Shown here: positions 12,015-25,833 of the stretch, in pieces
How positions within the stretch are numbered: position 1 is the stretch's first letter
How the letters are laid out: every line of letters begins with the position of its first letter
Assembly: GCF_006345805.1 (NCBI RefSeq)
Contig: NC_043013.1
Location: forward strand, 49,910,001-49,974,000
DNA length: 64,000 bases
Reading direction: 5' to 3'
From: Octopus sinensis
Taxonomy: Eukaryota
The notes under the pieces: generated by a model
What the model saw: the letters and a program-made list of their open reading frames with translations, nothing else
Database searches by the model: none
Told to the model about the DNA's origin: nothing
Program-made: the position numbers and the translations under genes

Positions 12015-14429
12015 GTTATCTCCAGTTCCATATTAATTCCTTATTTTCACCCTTATATGAAGATATGATATTTTTATTTTTTACTTCTCTTAACTTTAAA
12101 ATTCTTTATTGCATATACAATACCATTTTCTTAAAACCTGGAGTCATTGTTTGATCTAAGAACTACCACAAGCTAAGATTAAGAAGGGAGGTGGTAAGAA
12201 AGCTGGTAGTCCAAAGGAAGGTAAGAGTGAACCGGGTAATAATGATTGTGAATACAACAATTAAAACAATTATGTTTGAGATTGCAAAGGCCAGAAGAAT
12301 TATGAGTCATATTGATTTCAAATACCAGTAAAGAATATATTTTGAAGTGGGACTAAGATTCTCTGAGAGCCACTGCCAAGTGAAGTGCCAACTTATTATT
12401 ATCTTGTATCCATGGTGTGTCATTATCATCATTGATCTAATATACTTTGCTATAAACTAGAATTATAGCTTGCTAGATAGATGTAACATTGTGTAATTTA
12501 ATAAGTATTTAGTAGAGCTTTAATTCTTCCATGATCCTAGAAAATCAAGTGGGAAACACTTCAATAAAGCATCTTTTTAAAACCGTTTTATGAAGAGAAA
12601 TCTTCAGTTCTACTCCAACAATTCAGTTGCTAAGGGAATATTAATTATAATATTTGTGATGTTTAGCATTTTTTTTCTTTCATAGAATTAATAGGTTAAA
12701 CAGTTCGAGATTGTTTCAGAAATGTTAAATATCTTTTAGTTTGCCCTGTTTTGTAGAAACCGTTTGTCCTGTTTAGTTGCTGGGCCAACTCTGTGACTTA
12801 AGTCCACTTTAGTATAACAGTTTCCTTTTTATTATATTACTAATGCAACTCCCGTTTCCTCTCAATGCTTGCTCCTTTGTTAGAAAGGAGTTTTAGAAAT
12901 CCCAGAGTTTTCTTAAAGTTGGTGTTTTCTGCTCCTGTGACAAGAGTTGAAATTGAAGATCTGTGGAAGATACGTGTCTCTATAATTCCCTAATTCTTGA
13001 CAAATTTACTATAATTTTCCCTTCAACTTTATTCTTTTACTGTTTTTAGTTTTGACTAATGGTTCATTCTGTAATTTGAGAAGATATTAATTTCATATCT
13101 CGTCTCAAATTTTAATTGCCCATCATCTATAAATTTGATACTTTCCAAATTACAAATAAAATTATCAGCTTGCTTTTTCAGTCAGACCTTCTTTCTTCAC
13201 CCCATCCACTCTAACTCCCATTTGCATTTGTTATGTCCCAATCTTTTCCTTCACTTATTTCCCCTTTTTGTCCCTTCTTCCCCAAACACATGCCATACCT
13301 CTGTATAAGTGAGGACAATATTAAACATCCTGACATGAAGGCTTCTATGCTATAGAATATCTTTCCCACTAAATTCTTCCTGTCTCTTTTAACATCTTTT
13401 CTCACCAACAAACTTGCCTTAGTGATATGACACTCACCTGAAAGTCTTTTCCATCTGTAGAGCCCTCCTTCTTTTTCTCCTCATCTCTCCATCCATTAAT
13501 CCGTTGTCACCACTGTCAATGTTTGTCCCATTGTAATCTCGATGCTTTCTTTAATTTTCCAGGTAACTACAAAAGATATCAAAGGCTCACGGGTAAGTTT
13601 ACACTTCACTAATGTTTCATTGTCTTGCAAACTTTGTCTAATGCTTCCCACATACCCATGGCAAAGGCCATGGATATATTTATCTCAGCAAAGAAATAAT
13701 CTTTATGTGTATTGCTTTATGCTGGTGTAGGTTGTATATCTCTGCAAATTCACACTCTTGCAAGTATTTTATAGTTGTTAAAATCCACTTACTGTGTTTT
13801 TTATTAGTAGCTGTAGTGTATTGCTTCTTTGGGTGAGTAGAGGAATCTTGTTTAGAGTGCAGAGCAATTCCAATGGTTCAAGAGACCAAAAATCAATGAA
13901 CAAAATAATTTAGTCATTGTTTTACAAAATCTTCTATTTACACAAAAGTGATTCATTACACGTCGAGCAAAAGGGCAAAAGCTCGCTCGATCTCGATTTT
14001 TCAGTACGAATACGAACCGCGAAAGTGTGGCCCATCGATCCTTTCCGAAAATAGGCAACTGCAATTAGGTGCATGGAAAGTTATATTAACAATTAACTTG
14101 AGATTATCAATGTATATTTCAAGGGGAATGTTATTTTTAACTGGCTTCAGTCATACAGGGTTACTGCTTTCAAGGGTAGTAGTAGTAGTAGTAGTGTTCC
14201 TTTATAGGTTGCTGGGATAAACGAAAAGTATTCCATCCAGCAACAGATAAATATTTGTACAGGATTCAAATGTGAGTTACTGTAAATCTAATTCTCAAGT
14301 AGTACAGCAATCGGATGGGTTTGTATAGCATTCCATATACTATCCTGCAATCGGTCAGGATCAATATAAACATAGCTGCTCTCTAATCAAAAGCTTGGAA
14401 GAATGAGAGAGAAAACATATTCTTTTTTG

Positions 14430-14585
14430 TTCTGGGCACAAGGCCCAAAATTTTGGGGGAAGGTGCCAGTCAATTAGATCAACCCCAGTATGCAACTGGT
14501 ACTTAATTTATCGACCTCCCAAAAGGATGAAAGGCAAATCAACCTCAGCAAAATTTTAACTCAGAACATAAAGACAGACAAAAGA
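14430..14585 (-). mobile_element. SINE family A, old copy
   Basis: Reverse complement of the GTACCAGTT..CTGGGG core. Confidence 0.7.
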
Positions 14586-14594
14586 GAGAAAACA

Positions 14595-15090
14595 TCATCA
14601 TCATCGTCATTTAGCGTCCGTTTTCCATGCTAGCATGGGTTGGACGGTTCAACTGGGGTCTGTGAAGCCAGAAGGCTGCATCAGGCCCAGTCTGATCTGG
14701 CAGTGTTTCTACGGCTGGATGCCCTTCCTAACGCCAACCACTCCACGAGTCTAGTGGGTGCTTTTTACGTGCCACCCGCACAGGTGCGAGACGGAGCTGG
14801 CAAACGGCCAGGAACGGATGGTGCTTTTATGTGCTACCGGCACGGGGGCCAGGCGAGGCTGGCAACGGCCACGAATGGATGGTGCATTTTACGTGCCAAC
14901 GGCCACGAACGGATGGTGCTTTTTACGTGCCAACGGCCATGAACGGATGGTGCTTTTTACGTGCCACCGGCACGGAGGCCAGTCGGGGCGGCGCTGGCAA
15001 CGGCCACAATCGGATGGTTCGCTTACTTGTCACCGGCACTGGTATCACAGCCGCAATTTCCATTGATGTTGATCGACTTCGATTTTGGTT
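14595..15090 (-). mobile_element. RTE-LINE 3' end copy
   Basis: (CAT)n tail, family sequence with variable repeat units. Confidence 0.85.
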
Positions 15091-15157
15091 CTGCTTTCTG
15101 CTATCTGGTTTGATTTGATTAAGCAAAATATTTTGTGTCGGCTGTCTTGTATTGTAT

Positions 15158-15508
15158 AGATTTCTGCTTGGGTTTTATGCAGAAAGGGCATCAGTTATTG
15201 TACTATCAGATGCAGTACTAGTTGTGAAACAACGCATGTGTTGGTTCTTTGATATTTTAGTAAGTGTGTGTTTTCAGATGAAGTGCTGATTATTTTTTCA
15301 TTATATTAATCTTTTAGATATATTATTAGACTAGATTTCTGCTTGGGTTTTATGCAGAAAGGGCATCAGTTATTGTACTATCAGATGCAGTACTAGTTGT
15401 GAAACAACGCATGTGTGGTTCTTTGATATTTTAGTAAGTGTGTGTTTTCAGATGAAGTGCTGATTATTTTTTCATTATATTAATCTTTTAGATATATTAT
15501 TAGACTAG
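15158..15508. repeat. Direct tandem duplication of about 175 bp
   Basis: 15158-15334 is nearly identical to 15332-15508. Confidence 0.85.
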
Positions 15509-15903
15509 CAGTATCGCCCGACGTTGCTTGGGTTTGTAAGGGAAATAACTATATAAGCATTTTTAGAGATGTAAAGTATAATAGCCATCTCAATATGGCT
15601 AACCACAAAGAGGGGAGGGTGTTACTGTAGCTTTTTACGTTCTGAGATTTAATAATACATTTTTAGAGAGTTACTTCCCTTATATATGCCAAAAATGCAT
15701 TAGAAATGGGAAGAAATGATGGTAAATTTTTTTTTAAATCGTAGACTCATCGTAGACGCACGCTAATACCCAGAAGGGCTCGATATGAATCATGACTATA
15801 AGATACCTGGTTTTGGTGAAACTGCACCGCAAAATGTGGGAGTAGTTAGGAATCTAAATCGTAGGAGACAGACAGCACACAACCTTACTTTTATATATAA
15901 AGA
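15505..15903 (-). mobile_element. Non-autonomous Helitron
   Basis: TC...CTAG termini and 3' hairpin; same family as 3708. Confidence 0.85.
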
Positions 15904-16408
15904 CTAGCAGTATCGCCCGGCGTTGCTCGGGTTTGTAAGGGAAATAACTATATAAGCATTTTTAGAGAGTTACTTCCCTTATAAATTCGGGCTTTCTTAG
16001 CCATTTTTGTTTTGGTGTCTTCAAGCCATGAAGTCGTTGTTCTAAAAGAACGCTGGCTTCCTTCACAACGAATTACGACGTTGATTTCTTTACACTCCCT
16101 TCCCCACAGCTTCACGAGGGAGGGAAGGGGGAGAAGCAAACAGGTGCAGCTGTGAGCGTGGACGCCAACTCCGCCGCCATCGACACACGATGCATTTTAT
16201 GCATTAAAATGGAATAAAAAATGATGTTAAATTATTTTTAAAATCGTAGACTCATCGTTGACGCGCGCTAATAGTCAGACGGGCTCGATATGAATCACGA
16301 CTATAAGATACCCGAATTTGGTTAAACTGCACCGCAAAATGTGGGAGGAGTTAGGAATCTAAATCGTAGGTGACAGACAGCACACAACCTTACTTTTATA
16401 TATAAAGA
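15904..16408 (-). mobile_element. Non-autonomous Helitron (variant interior), head-to-tail with previous copy
   Basis: Same termini; direct CTAG|TC junction at 15903/15904 on minus strand. Confidence 0.85.
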
Positions 16409-16450
16409 TATATTAATCTTTTAACGTTTCTTTTTCTTTCTTTTTTTCAG

Positions 16451-16534
16451 TCAGTGGAAGAAGTTTTTGCACAGTTAATAAAAGCCATCCAAAGGAAAGA
16501 GTCTGTCAAAGATACTAGCTGTGTAGTATCGTAA
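16451..16534 (+). CDS. Rheb: Rheb terminal coding exon SVEEVFAQLIKAIQRKESVKDTSCVVS*, CAAX box
   Basis: Long T tract plus cag acceptor, phase 0, ends CVVS-TAA (farnesylation-type CAAX). Confidence 0.92.
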   Translation, partial: SVEEVFAQLIKAIQRKESVKDTSCVVS

Positions 16535-16699
16535 AAAAACCAAGCAAGCTCTCTTAAACTTTGACACACTGCATTGTTGGATGCAAAAAAATTCATAGAT
16601 GAGGCTTGTGTTGTTAGATGGTGACCCAATTCACTACGACCTCTTCTTTGTTGCTGTGGCCACCAAAAAAATAAAATTAAGACAAAGCACACACGCATA

Positions 16700-16752
16700 A
16701 CATGTGTGAGTGTTTGTGTGTGTGTGTGTGTGTGAGTGAGTGAGTGAGTGAG

Positions 16753-16783
<31 letters not shown>

Positions 16784-16999
16784 CTGTGTATGTGCATGCA
16801 TGTGTCTATGTGTGTGAGTGTTTGTGTATACATATGAACACACAGATATATAATATATATATATATACACACACAATGTAGATATAGATAGATGATATGT
16901 ATATAAAATATATGTACATTATATATATGTATATATAGAATATGTATATTATGATGATGATGATGTATATATATAGAATATATATATAATATAACTATG

Positions 17000-17031
<32 letters not shown>

Positions 17032-18117
17032 ATATATATATAATATATTATATATATATAATATCTTATATATAATATATATATGTGTGTGTGTGTATAT
17101 ATATATGTTTTATTATATATATATATATATGCGTGTATATATATATATATGTATATATATATATTATATATATGATATGAGCATATACATAAACTATATA
17201 TATAAAGTTGTACATATGTAATATATAAGATATATATATATATATATATATTCATATATATTCATAAAAATGATGCGTATAATATTTACGTTATATGTAT
17301 ATGAATGTATATAACATAAATATTGAATTTAATATCTATACATAATATATTTGTGTCGGTGTGTGTGTAATGCACACATGATATATATAACATGTAAATA
17401 TTGAAATATCTATTTAATCTCTATAAATATAATATGTCTATATCATATATATATATATATACACACATACACACACACGCATATATATATATAAATATGT
17501 ATGTATATATATATATATATATGTGTGTATATAGCTAGATAGATAGATAGATAGATAGTATTGTATGTTTTGTACTGTGGTGTGTGTGTATGCATATATA
17601 TATATGTATATATATATATATACACACACACACGGACATATACAACTTATATGTATGTTTAAGATATATATTAATCTATATTTATAACACATGCACACGC
17701 ACATACAAACACACATACAGACAAAGACGCACACACACACATGCGCATTTGCAAACACAATGTCATCCACATTATACTTTGCAGTTGACTCTAGCATCGG
17801 CTCTCAATATTTGTGGTCATTGTCAAGATTATTGGTTAGGTACGACTTCTACTGGACTAAAATTGCTTGTTTGATGCCCAGCTGTGCTCAGTTTTAAAGA
17901 GATGAAAATTAATGTCAGCTGTTTAAAAAAAAAAAAAAAAAAGAATAAAAGAAACCTTAAAAGATGCAACACAATACGAAAAAATTTTTATGCTATGTTT
18001 CTTCTATTATTAAGACAAATAAAAAAAAAAACTGAGACAAAAACATTTAGCAAGGACTGTCTGGCTTTCAATCTTCACATAATCAATCACACATACTTGT
18101 TTGAAGATTACACACAT

Positions 18118-18151
<34 letters not shown>

Positions 18152-18478
18152 GCATGCATGCACACACAAATACATATGCATGGAGTGTGTATGTCTGTGA
18201 ATGTATATAGATATATGCATATGGGTATGTTTTTACTTGAAAATAATTGTATGCATGTATGTATATATGTGTGTGTGTATGTATATATATATATAATTAT
18301 TTACTTTATATATATTATATATATATATATATCTGTGTGTGTGTATAGATAGATATATATAGACAGATAGATATACACATAGATTGGTAGATTGACCGAT
18401 ATATATGAATATATATATATACAGATATATACATATGTTTATGTATGTTTTCATATACGTATAAGAAGGTGTGTATGG

Positions 18479-18526
<48 letters not shown>

Positions 18527-18551
18527 TACACACACACACACACATATATGC

Positions 18552-18582
<31 letters not shown>

Positions 18583-18941
18583 TCAATTGCTAGATAGGTA
18601 TGTATGCATCCATAGATATTTATATATTTATATATGTTTCTATACATATATATATATACACACACACACACATAGATACATAAAGGTGTGTGTGTGTGCA
18701 TGCATGCATATACATATATATATATATATACACACATACACACACACGCATATATATATATAAATATGTATGTATATATATATATATATATGTGTGTATA
18801 TAGCTAGATAGATAGATAGATAGATAGTATTGTATGTTTTGTACTGTGGTGTGTGTGTATGCATATATATATATGTATATATATTATATATACACACATA
18901 CACACACACGCATATATATATATATATGTATATATAGAATA

Positions 18942-19020
<79 letters not shown>

Positions 19021-19393
19021 CGCATTTGCAAACACAATGTCATCCACATTATACTTTGCAGTTGACTCTAGCATCGGCTCTCAATATTTGTGGTCATTGT
19101 CAAGATTATTGGTTAGGTACGACTTCTACTGGACTAAAATTGCTTGTTTGATGCCCAGCTGTGCTCAGTTTTAAAGAGATGAAAATTAATGTCAGCTGTT
19201 TAAAAAAAAAAAAAAAAAGAATAAAAGAAACCTTAAAAGATGCAACACAATACGAAAAAATTTTTATGCTATGTTTCTTCTATTATTAAGACAAATAAAA
19301 AAAAAAACTGAGACAAAAACATTTAGCAAGGACTGTCTGGCTTTCAATCTTCACATAATCAATCACACATACTTGTTTGAAGATTACACACAT

Positions 19394-19429
<36 letters not shown>

Positions 19430-19756
19430 GCATGCATGCACACACAAATACATATGCATGGAGTGTGTATGTCTGTGAATGTATATAGATATATGCATAT
19501 GGGTATGTTTTTACTTGAAAATAATTGTATGCATGTATGTATATATGTGTGTGTGTGTGTATATATATATATAATTATTTACTTTATATATATTATATAT
19601 ATATATATCTCTGTGTGTGTGTATAGATAGATATATATAGACAGATAGATATACACATAGATTGGTAGATTGACCGATATATATGAATATATATATATAC
19701 AGATATATACATATGTTTATGTATGTTTTCATATACGTATAAGAAGGTGTGTATGG

Positions 19757-19788
<32 letters not shown>

Positions 19789-20460
19789 TATATATAAAAT
19801 ATATACACACCACACACACATATATGCATATATATATATAGAGAGAGAGAGAGATCAATTGCTAGATAGGTATGTATGCATCCATAGATATTTATATATT
19901 TATATATGTTTCTATACATATATATATATACACACACACACACATAGATACATAAAGGTGTGTGTGTGTGCATGCATGCATATACATATATATATATATA
20001 TATATATTAAGTTTGTGTGTACTTGAATATGTGTATGTATATTTATATATATATATGTGTGTGTGTGTGTATATATATATATGTGTGTGTGTGTGTGCGT
20101 GTGTAGATTTCTTTTTTGCGTACATTTGTGTGTGTGTATATATATATATATGTCTGTATGTTTGTATATCTATATGTAAGCCTCTGTGTGTTTATATACA
20201 TGGTGATGTGTGAATACATATGTATGTATGTGTGTGTATGTATATTCACACACATACTCGCATACACACACATATATACATATATATACGTGCACAAATA
20301 TGTGTGTAGTATGTCTTTGTGCATATGCGTGTGTGTGTTCATATATATATATATATATATAATATATATATATATGTAGGTATGTATGTATCTGTGAATG
20401 TATATGTGTATAGATATATGTTTCATACACGCACACAGAAACACACATATACACATAGAC
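16700..20460. repeat. (TA)n/(CA)n/(TG)n microsatellite field containing a tandem duplication of about 1.28 kb
   Basis: Unique block 17740-18110 recurs at 19017-19388. Confidence 0.9.
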
Positions 20461-23400
20461 ACAAAAATACATTTTCTTTTTTTAATGTTTTTTTTTTTTT
20501 TTTTTCCTCAAATTGAAAAAAAAAAAAACTGTTTTGGAGAAAAAGAATTTTATTTTTGTTTAATTTCTTCTGAAGGTAGATGGACACATTGTTCAGATTT
20601 CCCGAGGAAATGGTTATTATTATTATTATTATTATTGTTGTTATTTTTATAATTACTATTAGTTAGCCTGTTTTTGATTTTCTAAATGCAGAAGGAAGAA
20701 GGAAAGCAGACATTGTCAATGTTGGACTTCTGAGATAGGATTAAGAGAGAAATGATACAGAAGCAAGGTTATCATTAGATGTATGAGTAAAGTGCATTTT
20801 TAAAACTTGTCGTTGCTTTCTTATTTCTTTTTGATTTCTTTTTTTTTTTTTTTTTTTTTTTTTGGTAAAAGTTTGTTTTTCAGTGTCATGAAAATTTGCT
20901 ACAGCTATAACTGAAACCAGCCATCTCCATGTGTGTTTGTGTGAGAGATAGACACATAGATAGACACACACACACACACATCCATATACATAAACAGAGA
21001 GAGAGAGGGGGAGGGCGAGCGGGGGCGGGAAGGGTGTATTTATGTATATGTTTGTGGTACAGAGATATGTTTGTGTATGTGACAGAGAGAGAGAGAGAGA
21101 GATTAGAATATAATAAAGGGAAATTGAGTGTACGCATGCATGGAGGTTGTTATTAGTGCTTTTGGTAAATTCCTAGTGAAGTTTATCTGTAACATGGGTT
21201 TCACTGTTTCTTTGTTGCTTGGTTTTGGTTACATAAACATGCATGCACAGACACACACACACGACGTTTGGATTAGTTTCATGTTTATATTTGTAAGGGT
21301 TTTATAGAATATTCTTCTTGTTTTTTCTTTTGGTCTTAATTCACCTCTGTATATGAAACTGAAACCTTCCCCTTACTGATTCTCTGGCTGTGATTAGATC
21401 TACATACATGCGCACAATAAAGGATATGGTAATGTTAATATAAGGAGAAAAATATTCGGAACTTTGCCTTTAAAAGAGGATTATGCACTCTATTTTTTTT
21501 TTTTTTTTTTTTTTTTTTGTAATATTTGCTATTTTTAGTGGGCTAATATGATTCGTTTCTTTTTTTCTTTTTGAAATCAGTATGTATGTTTGTACACAAA
21601 TAACTACATAGTTGCATGCCATGTTTGCAGATTTAATTTGGAAATATGAAAACTTACACCACATCCATTAATCATTGGATACACAAAAATACAAACATGT
21701 TTACATGTAAAAGTACTGCTTTGCCTTGAGAAATTTTCGTTTTAAGGCATTTATGCTCTTTTATGTCACAAATGTGCAACTGTAAGTCACAAGTGTAGCT
21801 TATAGCTGCTTGCTTCGGTAACCAGCATGTATCACTAATATCACATTTGTTAGCCTTTAGATTAGTAACTGAGCAGCTATATAGATTGCAGGTGTTACAT
21901 TTACACACCTGAAATATTTTACTAGGATTTTTTCATCACAATCCTGGTAACATCGTGTTCTTGCATTTTTAAAGACTTTATCACTCATCTTAATTTTAAT
22001 TAACACTAATTAATACAACATAATGTTCTGTAAACTATCCTTTTGTGTCTGTGCTTCTTGACCAGCTTAAAATTTGTAGGGTTCTGTGTCGGTTGGAATT
22101 TCTCACCATTTTATTAAATGATGATGATGATGACCAAAGCTGTAACAGAAGTTGTAAGATGGCAGTCTATACAATGAAGTATTAAAATCACTAGCATAGC
22201 ATATGCTCTCTCTAATTATGTCTGTAGACAGCATCTTTAAATTAGAACCTTGGTATTAAGAATACGTTTATTTTTCTCACTTAATCTACTTCTAAGTAGA
22301 TTTCCCTCTTTCTTGTCTCTTTCTTTACATTCCAATTTTGGCATTGTTCAGCAAGTTCTATGTGCTTTAGAATATTATATGGCATCAGTGGGTGAACATG
22401 TGGTGAACATGTATTAGAATATATGACAGTAGTCAACATGTAGATGCATGCTAGGGTATGGAAAATTATGTTTATAAAGTATTCCACATATATAGTGAAG
22501 GTTTAGTAACAATTTCTCTGCTACTTTCATTCTTGCTATTTTTCCAATATTATTAGAGGTCTAGATACTGGTATGTGAAAAAAAAGTCACTGAATAATTA
22601 GAAAGATTGTAAGATTTCCATTAAAATATTTAAATACAAACAGTTTCATCATACTGATATGATATTCTCAATTTTGCTTATTTTTAATTGTTATACACTG
22701 AGAAAGAAAGAGACACATGATGTTCAATATTATTAGATATTGATACCATAACAATTCTTTAACGCTTTTCATTACTTTTTAATACTTGAGATATATATAT
22801 CTTAAGAGTTACTTTGGTTGCTGCGAAAGAAAACAAACAAATGATTCTAGTTGGGACTTGTAAAATGAAATATAGTCAAACGGAGAAAAATATATTCCTT
22901 AGTACATGTTTTAGTACTGCATTGGTTGACATGAGTGGTGTAATATTTAAAGTAAATAATCTTATTTATTAATCTGATTTTGTTTTCAGTATCGATATTG
23001 GGAACAGGATCAGTGGGCATTTGGCTTAGTGTTGATGTTGGGGATATTTTAGTTTTGAATAATAATTCTTTTTCCCTTTTTTTAACAAAAACATGCAGAC
23101 ATCTGTATAGCTTCGGTGCACAGACAGAATCAGATTTTAGCAGTTTATTATTATCAATAGTAACAGAAGCATTTACAACAGTTTGTTGTTAAAAGTGGTT
23201 TAATTAAAGAAAAAAAAAAAAAAAGCAAATGCAAATGCAAAGGAATTAGAACACTTTCTTTTCTGTTTTTTTGTTTCATTTTATTTTAATTCAAAACAAT
23301 AAACAAAAAAATACTTTAAAATTGGTCTCTGTTTTGTTTTCCTCCCCCCTTTAATTTGAAAATTAAAATCAAATATAACAACAAATATAATGATATTCAC

Positions 23401-24265
23401 TGCTTAACATTTTTCAATGTATTTCATTATTTCTACCCATATTTTTTTTTAAGTTTCTCTGTTGCATGTTGTATATTTTCAGTGTTAGGAATTATTATTT
23501 TTACTCAACTCAGTTTAAATGTCTTGTGTTTTTTTAGTTCCTTCAGCTGTCACCAGGTTTACTCTTCAAGAATTACTGGAATTCATTCAAGCTGGGGATT
23601 TTTGTTTTTTATTATTTTTTTTAATTTTTTTTTTTTTGTGTTTTAAGTATTAGCAGAATTTATTTTACTGAATATGGAAGAATGGAAATCAAAACTGACC
23701 CAGTGGAATTTGAACTGAGAAAAGTGTTTTATAGCCTGATACAGATCTATCTCACATAGAATGCTGAATTCTTGTTTCTTCCTCAATGGAGCAACATTAC
23801 TGTTGGCACTTTGATCATTTATTCGCTTTGAAGTTATATGAAATAAAGAGAACCCTTACCTGAAATACGAGTACAGTTAGCATCAGGAAAGGAATCAAGT
23901 TGTAAAACAATGCCTCAATATCTATGTGTTATATATATATATAAAATATTAGAAAAGAACCACCTTTTATCAATTCAAAATGAATAATTAAAATTACACC
24001 ATCTAGAAAATTACATATAATAGAAAAGTTAAAATTAAAATAACAATTAAAAAGAAAAGATTAAGTAAATTACAAGAATTTACAAGTAAATTGTGTGAAA
24101 TTTGATTTAGTATTTCTAAATTGAAATTCTTTTTCCTTGTAAGTTTGGATTTTATTCCCTCAAATAATAATTATTATATTTATATATATCCATGCTAGCT
24201 TGGAAAATGGACATAAAACAAGATATATATCTGCATGTGTTTTGCAAGATTTTTAATATGAAATA

Positions 24266-25833
24266 CAGGGTGCAAGAGGTATTTGAGGACATATTTGGTA
24301 TCAACTCTAATGTAGCAAAAAGCAAATGTTTTTTAATTAAAAATTGTACTTAAATATGAGACCAGAATCATTGGCATACCTACAGTAAATAGTCTTTATT
24401 AATTTCAGACATCACCTAGACAACAGTGGATTTCAGTGAAATTATGGTATTGTGAAGATGTCAATTAGTCTCCCTTTCAACAATGCTCCAAATGTAGTAG
24501 TCCTTGGCATTTGAATCTGGTGAGATTGGAGGCCTCAAGTTTGATGTCACATGATCATAAAGATTGTCTGACATCCATTCTTGGGTTATGTGGCCTTTGT
24601 GAGGTGCTGAGTTTTGTTGAACCACGTATGGACTTCCATTGTGTATTTCATCCATCAAGTGCTTAACAACAGTCTCCAGCACTTAAACATATCCAGCAGC
24701 ATTAATTCTAAGACCCAGTGGAAAGATGTGACATGACCTTTTGTTACTCACCACTCCTAAAACCATTACAGTTGTTGGAAATTTAGCGTACATCACTCCG
24801 GGGACATTAAAAGGATCTGCACATAACTATCTGTTGTTTCTCCTCACAGACCTTTTGGTTTTGGTCAAAGTTTTACTCATCAGAGAAAAACTAAAGCATA
24901 TCATGTCCATGAGGGTTTTTAACCTTGCTAAGAAATTGTTTGACATGAACAAACAATTTACCTCTGCTATTACAGGTATGAATTGGTTTCTACTCTGTGC
25001 ATATGACTGGTGCACAAGGATGTGAATCTCCTAATGCAGCACAGTTCTGATGGTCCACTCCAACACCTAAAGTTCTATGGTTATGTCCCTTGTCGATTTT
25101 TTGGGGATCATCACTGATATTTTGAACCTTTTGGATGAATTACAATGTTGGCAGTATCTTAATATTTAAACTTTTTCTTCTCTCTTTGATGCTGTTGAAA
25201 CATTCCTGCCAGGGGCTTCCAATTCAATCCAAATTTTGTGTACAAAAGATCTTGCAGAAAGTTGACTGTTTCTATATCACCATGTTCTGCACATATGGCA
25301 ACTTATGACTGCTTGTCCTTTCATTTCCTGGGTTAGCACTTTAGCTACCGTGGAGGCACAATGGCCCAGTGGTTAGGGTAGCAGACTCGTGGTCGTAGGA
25401 TCGCGGTTTCGATTCCCAGACCCGGCATTGTGAGTGTTTATTGAGCGAAAACACCTAAAGCTTCACGAGGCTCCTGCAGGGGGGGGGGGACCCTGCTGTA
25501 CTCTTTCACCACAACTTTCTCTCACTCTTTCTTCCTGTTTCTGTTGTACCTGCATTTCAAAGGGGCCAGCCTTGTCACGCTGAATCTCCTCGAGAACTAC
25601 GTTAAGGGTACTCGTGTCTGTGAAGTGCTCAGCCACTTGCACGTTAATTCCACGAGCAAGCTGTTCCGTTGATCGTATCAGCTGGGACCCTCATCGTCGT
25701 AGTAACCGACGGAGTGCTCCTACTACTACTACTACTTTAGCTACCATGGAAGATATGAAAGAAATAAAATCCTTTTACTTGGTCTGAAGAGATACTGATA
25801 ATTAAGTATCCTCATATACCCCCTCATACACAG
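24266..25833 (-). mobile_element. Tc1/mariner (maT/DD37D-like) transposon relic
   Basis: YVVQQNSAPH...RPPISPDSNAKDYYIW resembles QQDxAPxH...WPPxSPDLNPLDY; degenerate TA-flanked TIRs at about 24264-24293 and 25804-25835. Confidence 0.75.
25350..25733 (+). mobile_element. SINE family C (tRNA head), inserted in the transposon relic
   Basis: A-box TGGCCCAGTGG, B-box GGTTTCGATTCCC, (TAC)n tail, 12-bp TSD ACTTTAGCTACC. Confidence 0.9.

Noticed and set aside
12700-13700. Possible old LINE endonuclease relic on minus strand
   Set aside because: Only a DYNG-like word seen; too degenerate to support
25350-25425. tRNA gene (also at SINE A and B heads)
   Set aside because: tRNA-like head continues into a SINE body with tail and TSD
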